Below are positions 57,283 to 64,000 of a stretch of DNA of 64,000 bases, piece after piece. Within the stretch, counting starts at the first letter, position 1; every line of letters starts with the position of its first letter. The notes beneath the pieces were generated by a model. It was not told the DNA's origin, searched no databases, and was given only the letters and a program-made list of their open reading frames with translations. The stretch is from Roseomonas sp. (lineage in GTDB: Bacteria > Pseudomonadota > Alphaproteobacteria > Acetobacterales > Acetobacteraceae): contig JADCFX010000029.1 in NCBI GenBank assembly GCA_020249285.1, forward strand, positions 29,121 to 93,120, given 5' to 3'. The position numbers and the translations under genes were made by a program.

Positions 57283-58305
57283 ATGATGCTGCGTGTTGAA
57301 AATGAACGGCGCTTTTCCCTTGGCCATGCAAGCATCACCATATCTGGCCTACAAGTGCCAGCTGACGGCGGCTTTCGGATCATGCGCGAAGGCTATGCCG
57401 CGGCCAATCTTGGGCGGCGCGGCTGGCAGGTTCAGGAAGAAAAGCTGACTCCGGTGGAAATCCGCCAGGAAGGCGCGGATACTGTTCTGGTGCTTGGGCC
57501 AAGGCTAACGCGGCATCTTGAACCGGGCCCGCTGGTGTTTCTGTTACCTGCTGCCGGTCTGGAAACAAGCCTGTTTTGGCCGGACGATATTGATGTTTTT
57601 GACGGTGATTTGCCGCCTGAGCCGATCATGCCGCGAGAGGCGCACGTGGCGCCACCACCACCATCCAGTACCACCGCGCCGCCACCGCCAGCTTCTCAAC
57701 CCATGCCATCGCCGCGCGAAGAAGTGGCGGCGAAGCCAGCCGAGGAAGGCAAATCCCGCACACCGCTACTGGCCGGCATCGGGTTATTGCTGCTGACAGC
57801 GGTTGGCGGCGCTGCCTGGTGGTTCACCGCCGCACCACCAGCGCCCGCACCACAACCAGCACCCATCGCAACGCCTGCACCGCCCCCACCACCACCCGCC
57901 CAAGTGACGGCGGAGCGCCCCTGGCTTGAACGCAGCGATGGCATGGCGCTGCGCGATCTGGTACAATCCGCACCGGATGTCGCTTCGATCCATGCCGCCG
58001 CGCTCAGGCGTCAGGCTGCCGGGCGGCATGATGATGCGCTTGTGCTGTTTGAGGAAGCAGGCGAACGCGGCCATGCGCCAGCACTCACCGCCGTGGCGCG
58101 GCTTTACGACCCGATTGGTTTTGTCGCCGGCCGCCCGTTCCGCGCGCCCGACCCGCGTGCGGCGGCACGATATTATCGCGATGCTTTGCAAAAGGGTGAT
58201 GCGGCAGCAGAGGCACCGCGCGCTGCGCTCAGGACTTGGCTGGAAGAACAGGCGCGCGGAGGCAACGGCACAGCGGAAACTGCGCTTAAGGAGTTCTGGC
58301 CATGA
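57283..58305 (+). CDS. Bitopic membrane protein: cytoplasmic N-domain, Pro-rich linker, TM, periplasmic Sel1/TPR-like repeats
   Basis: TM segment LLAGIGLLLLTAVGGAAWWF flanked by Pro-rich tracts; ALVLFEEAGERGHAPALTAVARLYDP and AARYYRDALQKGD are Sel1-like. Confidence 0.75.
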   Translation: MMLRVENERRFSLGHASITISGLQVPADGGFRIMREGYAAANLGRRGWQVQEEKLTPVEIRQEGADTVLVLGPRLTRHLEPGPLVFLLPAAGLETSLFWPDDIDVFDGDLPPEPIMPREAHVAPPPPSSTTAPPPPASQPMPSPREEVAAKPAEEGKSRTPLLAGIGLLLLTAVGGAAWWFTAAPPAPAPQPAPIATPAPPPPPPAQVTAERPWLERSDGMALRDLVQSAPDVASIHAAALRRQAAGRHDDALVLFEEAGERGHAPALTAVARLYDPIGFVAGRPFRAPDPRAAARYYRDALQKGDAAAEAPRAALRTWLEEQARGGNGTAETALKEFWP

Positions 58306-60251
58306 TGTTGCGTCGCGCGCTTTTGGCACTGGTGCTTGGCCTGTTCTGCGTCGGGCCCGTGGCGGAAGTCAGCGCACAGCAAGCCGCGCGGCAACCGCTG
58401 CTGATGGAAGGGCGCGCCACGCTGTTTCAACGCGTGATCCTGCGCCCCGGCGCACGCCTGACCGAACGGCCCGATGCGAATGCGCCTTCCCAGCCAACGC
58501 CCGGTTTTGGTGTTTTCTATGTCTATGCGCGCCAGGGCAGCGGCACCGATGGCTGGCTTGAAATCGGCGCGGCACAGGATGGCCGCACGCAAGGCTGGGT
58601 CCGCGCTGAACGCACCATGGATTGGAAGCAAACCATGGTGCTGGCTTTCAATAACCCTGCCGGGCGCGACCGCGCCATGTTCTTCCGAGACGCCGAAACA
58701 CCGCGCGCCCTTTGGCTGAATACGCGCGGCGGCGCGGCAGAGGCTATGCGGTTGCGCGAAGCCGCACGGGCCAATACCGATGGGCCGGTGATTGCGCTGG
58801 AACCCGAGAACTTCATTGACATCACAAGGCAATTCTACCTGCTGCCCATTCTATCTGCGCAGCGCGTGGAAAATGAAAGCGCGCATGAAGCGCGTTTGCT
58901 GGAAGTGGTTTCTGCCCCCGCGCAGCAGGCCCCTCCCCCACCTGCTGATCCGGATGCGCTGCGCAATTATCGCGGCTCGGTGGTGTTTGTTGTGGATACC
59001 ACCATCAGCATGGGTCCCTACATTGACCGCACGCGTGAAGCGCTGAAACGCGTGGTGGATCGCATTCGCGATACCGCAGTGCGTGACAATTTCCGCTTCG
59101 GCATGGTGGCCTTCCGCGACCATCTGGGCGGCAATCCCAGGCTTGAATATGTCACGCGCATGGTGTCCCTGCCTGATCTGGCTGAGGCTTCGGATGCGAT
59201 TTTGCCGCGGCTTTCGCAACTCACCGAAGCGCGCGAAAGCAATGAAGGCTTTGATGAGGATTCACTGGCCGGCATCAAGCTCGCTTTGGATGAAGTGCCC
59301 TGGCAGCAATATGGCGGGCGTTTCGTTATTCTGATCACGGATGCCGGCGCGCGGGATGCGAAGGACCCGCGCAACCAAACCCAGATGGGCCCGGAAGAAA
59401 TGCGCCAATTGGCGCAATCGGAGGCGAAGCAGGTCGCGATCTACGCCATTCATCTGAAAACGCCGGAAGGGCGCAACAACCACGCGCGGGCGGAACGGCA
59501 ATACCGGGAACTCACGCGCTTTGGCGCGGCGGGGGAACTTTATTACCCGATCAATGAGGGCAATCTGGGCCAATTCGGACAAACAGTGGACGCGCTGACG
59601 GATGCGTTGCTCGCGCAAGTCGCTGCAGCAGTTGGGCGGCCCATCGCCGGCATCAGGGCGCCTCAAGGTGCGGCTGAACGACGCATCGCCGAACAAGCTG
59701 AAGTTGTCGGCACCGCCATGCGGCTTTCCTATCTGGGGCGCGCAACGCAGCAGACGGCGCCTGATGTGGTACGAAGCTTCGTGCTGGACCAGGAACTCAA
59801 CCCGGCCGAACCCAGGCCAGAACGGCGGCCCTTGGATGTGCGCGTGCTGCTGACGCGCAATCAGCTTTCCGATCTGGCGACTACGCTGCGCAGCATTATC
59901 CAGGCTCAGGCGGCAGCGCGGCTTTCGCCTGAGACTTTCTTTGAACGTGTGCGCGGTGCGGCAGCGGCGGCGGCGCGTGATCCTCGGCGCATGGCGGAAT
60001 TCCAACGCCTGGGCGGCGCCTTTGGCGAATTCCTACAGGACCTGCCGTATCAAAGCCAGATCATGGAATTCACCCAAGAAGAATGGAACAGCATGGGGGC
60101 TGGGCGGCGCACCGAAATCGTCAATGCGCTGGAGGCGAAGCTCAGACTTTATGAGGAATTCAATCGCCAGCCATCGCTCTGGGTCAGTTTCGATGGCGGG
60201 CGCAATCCCGGTGAGGCGATGTATCCCGTGCCCATTGATGCGCTGCCCTGA
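58302..60251 (+). CDS. Exported vWA-domain protein resembling the PpkA periplasmic region (no kinase domain)
   Basis: Signal peptide; LLMEGRATLFQRVILRPGA; WKQTMVLAFNNPAGRDR; MIDAS-like VVDTTISMGPYI; ILITDAG; DVRVLLTRNQLSDL; ends YPVPIDALP. Confidence 0.8.
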   Translation: MMLRRALLALVLGLFCVGPVAEVSAQQAARQPLLMEGRATLFQRVILRPGARLTERPDANAPSQPTPGFGVFYVYARQGSGTDGWLEIGAAQDGRTQGWVRAERTMDWKQTMVLAFNNPAGRDRAMFFRDAETPRALWLNTRGGAAEAMRLREAARANTDGPVIALEPENFIDITRQFYLLPILSAQRVENESAHEARLLEVVSAPAQQAPPPPADPDALRNYRGSVVFVVDTTISMGPYIDRTREALKRVVDRIRDTAVRDNFRFGMVAFRDHLGGNPRLEYVTRMVSLPDLAEASDAILPRLSQLTEARESNEGFDEDSLAGIKLALDEVPWQQYGGRFVILITDAGARDAKDPRNQTQMGPEEMRQLAQSEAKQVAIYAIHLKTPEGRNNHARAERQYRELTRFGAAGELYYPINEGNLGQFGQTVDALTDALLAQVAAAVGRPIAGIRAPQGAAERRIAEQAEVVGTAMRLSYLGRATQQTAPDVVRSFVLDQELNPAEPRPERRPLDVRVLLTRNQLSDLATTLRSIIQAQAAARLSPETFFERVRGAAAAAARDPRRMAEFQRLGGAFGEFLQDLPYQSQIMEFTQEEWNSMGAGRRTEIVNALEAKLRLYEEFNRQPSLWVSFDGGRNPGEAMYPVPIDALP

Positions 60252-60259
60252 GGGCGCGC

Positions 60260-61012
60260 ATGAACCACTCCGCGCCGACCCTGCTGCTGCAAGACGTCCT
60301 CATCCGCCATCAGGCGCCAGGCGGTGCGCTGGGGTTTGAGCTTGCCATTGAGGAATTCAGCATCACGCGCGGTGAGGCCTTGGCGCTGGTCGGGCCTTCT
60401 GGCTCCGGCAAATCCACGCTGCTTGATCTACTGGCCTTGGCGCGTCGGCCATCAAGTACAGGGCGATTTTTGCTGACACCACGTACAGGCAAGGCGATAG
60501 ACCTTGGCGCGGTTTGGCACGCGGGGGATGACAATAGCCTGACAGCCATTCGCGCAACGCATTTCGGCTATGTTTTGCAAACGGGTGGGCTGCTGCCATT
60601 CCTGTCTGTCAGGCGCAATATCGCGCTTGGCCAGGCGGTGCTTGGCCGGCCTGATCCCGCGCATATCGAAGCCTTGGCGGCGCGGCTTGAGATTGCGTCG
60701 TTGCTCGAGAGAATGCCGGCAACCCTTTCCGTTGGGCAAAGGCAACGTGTAGCCATTGCTCGCGCCTTGGCACATCGCCCAGAAATTCTGCTGGCGGATG
60801 AACCCACCGCCAGCGTTCACCCGGCCTTGGCGGACACAATATTGGCGCTACTGATTGAACAGGCGCGCGAACAGGATACGGCGCTGATCCTGGCGACGCA
60901 TGACCCGGACCGCGCCGCGCGCCATGGCTTCGCTATTCTGCCGATCCGCACGGAAGCAGGGAATGCCGGCGCTGGTCGTTCCTGGTTGAATCGGGCGCGA
61001 GCAGCGGCATGA
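60260..61012 (+). CDS. ABC ATPase, LolD/MacB type (TagT-like)
   Basis: GPSGSGKSTLL, FGYVLQTGGLLPFL, LSVGQRQRVAIARALAH.P.ILLADEPTA, ATHD. Confidence 0.88.
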   Translation: MNHSAPTLLLQDVLIRHQAPGGALGFELAIEEFSITRGEALALVGPSGSGKSTLLDLLALARRPSSTGRFLLTPRTGKAIDLGAVWHAGDDNSLTAIRATHFGYVLQTGGLLPFLSVRRNIALGQAVLGRPDPAHIEALAARLEIASLLERMPATLSVGQRQRVAIARALAHRPEILLADEPTASVHPALADTILALLIEQAREQDTALILATHDPDRAARHGFAILPIRTEAGNAGAGRSWLNRARAAA

Positions 61013-62232
61013 GTGAGAAATCCTCTCATACCGGGCTGCTGGCAGGTCTTTCATTGCGTGATCTTTTGCATGAACGCACGCTGGCACTTTGTTCGCTGAT
61101 TGGTTTGGCGGCGGTACTGGCGCCACTGATTGTACTGTTTGGTCTGAAGCAGGGTGTGATTGATGGGCTGCGTGCAGAGCTGATTGAAAATCCGCGCAGC
61201 CGCATGGTGGTGAATGCCGCCAACCGCAATTTCGATACGGATTTTCTGACGCGCCTGGCCGCGCGGCCCGATATCGCCTTTGTCATTCCGCGCACGCGCA
61301 GCCTGAATACCGAAGCACGGTTTGAGAACCCGGCGCGCCCCGGCACCGTGCTGCGCGCGGAATTGCTGGCCACCGCCGCGGGTGATCCCCTGCTGCATGG
61401 CCTGCCCAGCGTTGCGCCGAACCAAATCATCCCAAGCGCTTCCTTCGCCGCACGGTTGGATTTGCAGCCAGGCATGAATGTGACGCTGCGCGCCCTTCGC
61501 GGTGATGCCGGCGCGCGAGAGGTACTGAGTTTTCCCGTCACCATCGCTGCCATCGCACCGCCGAGCGCCTTTGGCCGCGACGGCGTTTTCGTTGACGTCA
61601 GGACTCTGCTGCTGGTGGATCTCTTCACCGACGGCGCGCTGCCAGCCACAGCAACGCCTGCCGATGTCACGGATGATCCCTCACGCATCTTTGCCGGTTT
61701 TCGCGCCCATGCGCGGCGCCTGGAAGATGTGACGCGCATTGACCATGACCTGCGGCGCGATGGGGTGGAGGTTGAAACGCTGGCGGAACAGGTGGAAGGC
61801 TTGCTCAGCCTTGATCGTAGCCTCACGCTGCTTTTTGCCTTGCTCGCCGGGCTGGGTGGGATTGGGTATCTCGTCTCACTCGGGGTTGGGCTCTATGCCA
61901 ATGTGGAACGCAAGCAGCGTGATCTGTCGCTATTGCGCCTGATCGGGCTGTCGCGGCGCGATCTGGTGGTGTTTCCGCTGATCCAGGCGCTGATCATCGC
62001 GGGCGCGGGGGCGGCGCTCGCAAGCCTGCTCGCCTTGGCAGTAGCGGGTTTGGTCAATCGCCTGCCACTTGCGGGTACCAATGCCGCTGGCGCACGGGCC
62101 ATTTGTGTCATTGAAGCGCAGCATCTGTTACTGGCATTTTTGGTGAGCCTTTTAGGCGCGGCAATATCCGCGGCTTTTGCCGGGTATCGCGCCGCCCGGA
62201 TTGAACCTGCGAAGGGGCTTCGCGATGCGTAA
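61009..62232 (+). CDS. FtsX/MacB-type ABC permease (TagS-like)
   Basis: One N-terminal TM (AAVLAPLIVLFGLK.G), large periplasmic domain, three C-terminal TMs; ANVERKQRDLSLLRLIG. Confidence 0.85.
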   Translation: MSEKSSHTGLLAGLSLRDLLHERTLALCSLIGLAAVLAPLIVLFGLKQGVIDGLRAELIENPRSRMVVNAANRNFDTDFLTRLAARPDIAFVIPRTRSLNTEARFENPARPGTVLRAELLATAAGDPLLHGLPSVAPNQIIPSASFAARLDLQPGMNVTLRALRGDAGAREVLSFPVTIAAIAPPSAFGRDGVFVDVRTLLLVDLFTDGALPATATPADVTDDPSRIFAGFRAHARRLEDVTRIDHDLRRDGVEVETLAEQVEGLLSLDRSLTLLFALLAGLGGIGYLVSLGVGLYANVERKQRDLSLLRLIGLSRRDLVVFPLIQALIIAGAGAALASLLALAVAGLVNRLPLAGTNAAGARAICVIEAQHLLLAFLVSLLGAAISAAFAGYRAARIEPAKGLRDA

Positions 62233-63895
62233 GCTGTTTCTTGCTGCCATGATCCTGTTCGCGCCAGCCGTGAACGCGCAAGAAAGATGGCCAGCGGAAT
62301 TCTGGAATCCGAAACCGCTTGCAGATGATCTGATCCTGCCCATGCCCTGCGGTGGCGCCATGGTGTTTCGCCCAGTGCCAACACCTTTGGGTCAAGGACT
62401 ATTGGCGGATCGGCCCGCCATGCTCGGCCAGGCGGATGCGGAAACAAATTACAGCGAATTTCTGCGCCAAAGCTTCATCGCCGGCCCTTTCCGAGGCGCC
62501 GATGCTGCCGCACCGCCGCGCTACTATATCGGCAAGTATGAAGCGACGCGTGATCAATACGCTGCCGTCACCAGCGAAACCTGCCCAAGCCCTGCCGCCG
62601 CCGGGCGCCTGCCCCAGGCCGATATCGCTTGGCATGAGGCGATTGCCTTCACCATGCGCTATTCCGCCTGGCTTACGCGCAATGCGCGTGACGCCTTGCC
62701 AATGCGCGATGATGCGCGCGCCTTTGTGCGCCTGCCGACAGAGGATGAATGGGAATTCGCCGCACGCGGTGGCTCGGCGGTTGCAGAAGCGGATTTCGGA
62801 GCGCGCGTTTTTCCAATGTCTGAGGGAATGCAGCGTTATGTCTGGTTTCAGGGCACGCGATCCTCAGGCGGTCGCGTGCGCCCCATCGGCATGCTGGAAC
62901 CCAATCCGCTTGGGCTTTTTGATATTCTCGGCAATGTCGCGGAATGGGTTCTGGAACCCTATCGGCTCAATCGCGTGGGCCGCCCGCACGGGCAGGCAGG
63001 TGGCATGGTGGCACGCGGTGGGGATTTCCTGACGCCGGAAGATCAAATCCGCTCAAGCCTCCGCGTTGAACTGCCGCCGCTTGATCGCAATGGTGAAGCG
63101 CTCAGACTGCGCAGCCTTGGCTTTCGCCCGGTGCTTGCCCTGGTGGCGACCAGCAGCGACCAGCGCCCAGCACAATTACGCACGGCGTTTGAAGCGGAAG
63201 CGCAGTCCCGCGGCAATGCCAGTGAAGACCCAGCACGGCTTCTGGAAGTTCTGAAAAACGATACGCCGGACCCAGCCCTACGCCAGGGGATTGATCGCGT
63301 GGGCGCGGCGCTCCGCACCGCCCAGCGGGAACGCAATGATCAAGAAATGCAGGCGATCCAAAGCCAAATCGCCGCCGCCGCGCAGATCGGTCGGCAAATC
63401 CTGTTGGCGGAAGGGTTTGGCGAATTGCTCAGCGCCTTTGCACGGGTGCAGGCGGAAACCGTGCAGGCGCAACGCACCTTGGCGGAAGATCAGGGCCGCA
63501 TCGCCGCCGCGACGCAGGCCGAAGTGCAAGCGGCGCTCCGCCGCCAACAGGAACGCACGCAGCAAATCACCACCACCATGGCGCGCATTGAAGCAGCGTT
63601 GCGCAGCCAGGCAGAAGGCCAACCCGCGCGCGCCCAGGAATTGGCCGCGAGCTATCTGCGCACCGTGCTTTCGGTAGGCCGCAGCGTGGACAGGCTGCGC
63701 ATAGCGGATGCGGCCAATGTGGTTCAGCAGGAATTGCAGGCGCAGAATGTGCAATATTTGCCGGAACTCGCGCGCATCGCCGCGCGGCATATGGTGGCCG
63801 TCAGCAGTGGCAATCCGCCAGGCCGGGAACAGGCGATGGCTGATCTTACGGCGGTGTTGCGGCCTGCGGCGCCTGCCCCGCCCGCGCGGCGGTAG
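62225..63895 (+). CDS. SUMF1/FGE-sulfatase-domain exported protein (TagR-like) with a helical C-terminal extension
   Basis: Signal peptide MRKLFLAAMILFAPAVNA; WNPKPLADDLILPMPCGGAMVFR; YYIGKYE.T; RLPTEDEWEFAARGG; PNPLGLFDILGNVAEW; GFRPV. Confidence 0.85.
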   Translation: MRKLFLAAMILFAPAVNAQERWPAEFWNPKPLADDLILPMPCGGAMVFRPVPTPLGQGLLADRPAMLGQADAETNYSEFLRQSFIAGPFRGADAAAPPRYYIGKYEATRDQYAAVTSETCPSPAAAGRLPQADIAWHEAIAFTMRYSAWLTRNARDALPMRDDARAFVRLPTEDEWEFAARGGSAVAEADFGARVFPMSEGMQRYVWFQGTRSSGGRVRPIGMLEPNPLGLFDILGNVAEWVLEPYRLNRVGRPHGQAGGMVARGGDFLTPEDQIRSSLRVELPPLDRNGEALRLRSLGFRPVLALVATSSDQRPAQLRTAFEAEAQSRGNASEDPARLLEVLKNDTPDPALRQGIDRVGAALRTAQRERNDQEMQAIQSQIAAAAQIGRQILLAEGFGELLSAFARVQAETVQAQRTLAEDQGRIAAATQAEVQAALRRQQERTQQITTTMARIEAALRSQAEGQPARAQELAASYLRTVLSVGRSVDRLRIADAANVVQQELQAQNVQYLPELARIAARHMVAVSSGNPPGREQAMADLTAVLRPAAPAPPARR

Positions 63896-63916
63896 CTTTT
63901 GGCGCGACGCCAAAGC
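63895..63916 (+). terminator. Hairpin directly after the operon stop codon
   Basis: GC(T)TTTGGCG-cga-CGCCAAAGC. Confidence 0.45.
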
Positions 63917-64000
63917 AGGCGCTGGCCGGTTACTCAGTAAGGCGGGTCATCATCGCCTTGGCACTGCAGGGGTTTTCTGCGCATCGGCTGGCTCCTGCCA

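Noticed and set aside
54488-57331. Minus-strand ORFs of 335 and 375 aa inside srfC
   Set aside because: Antisense shadows with no recognisable domain.
57620-57905. Low-complexity CCA/CCG-rich tracts as possible DNA repeats
   Set aside because: Explained by in-frame Pro-rich linkers flanking the TM segment.
62225-63895. Formylglycine-generating enzyme for sulfatase maturation
   Set aside because: The catalytic Cys motif is absent, no sulfatase is nearby, and the N-terminal LPMPCGG motif and ABC/vWA context fit the TagR type.
63932-64000. Possible 3' end of a convergent minus-strand gene (…RCAENPCSAKAMMTRLTE*)
   Set aside because: Only about 22 codons are visible; it cannot be identified or confirmed.
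1-64000. rRNA, tRNA, IS/integrase, prophage, CRISPR-Cas
   Set aside because: No supporting sequence was recognised by eye; a tRNAscan/Infernal/ISEScan run would be needed to exclude small elements.

Overview
High-GC alphaproteobacterial chromosomal window. The gene complement (Bug/TctC proteins, rluD-rpoH, xseA-M23, phaA/phaR) suggests Rhodospirillales/Acetobacteraceae (Roseomonas-like); this is inference. About 56 CDSs; no rRNA, tRNA, CRISPR or IS seen. Left to right: (1) a Wzx-type surface-polysaccharide cluster; (2) DUF35 OB-fold + thiolase-like + ArgH-like lyase + Bug; (3) on the minus strand modABC-modE' followed by NUDIX, LLM monooxygenase and PhoD, with a ModE-box-like palindrome upstream of modA; (4) msrA-msrB and a beta-propeller/deacetylase/desaturase trio; (5) a DctP-like binding protein coupled to a hybrid kinase; (6) GPx, a Mo-oxidoreductase, a hydrolase, Bug and a leuCD pair; (7) GT2, rluD, rpoH; (8) solute-binding proteins and an M20 peptidase; (9) a second hybrid kinase with a REC-Hpt-like regulator; (10) AI-2E transporter and tartrate dehydrogenase; (11) a PHA locus with a PhaC-like gene overlapped about 215 nt by a small coiled-coil gene; (12) xseA-M23; (13) a tightly coupled 12.3 kb seven-gene operon (51640-63895). 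That operon is the best candidate for an uncharacterised system. It joins an Hsp70/actin-fold SrfB and a dynamin-like P-loop SrfC to a bitopic Sel1-like membrane protein, a signal-peptide vWA protein resembling the PpkA periplasmic domain without its kinase, and TagT/TagS/TagR-like proteins. This looks like the T6SS membrane-attack sensing module wired to cytoplasmic NTPases, with no T6SS gene in the window. All family assignments come from motif recognition by eye; no database searches were run.
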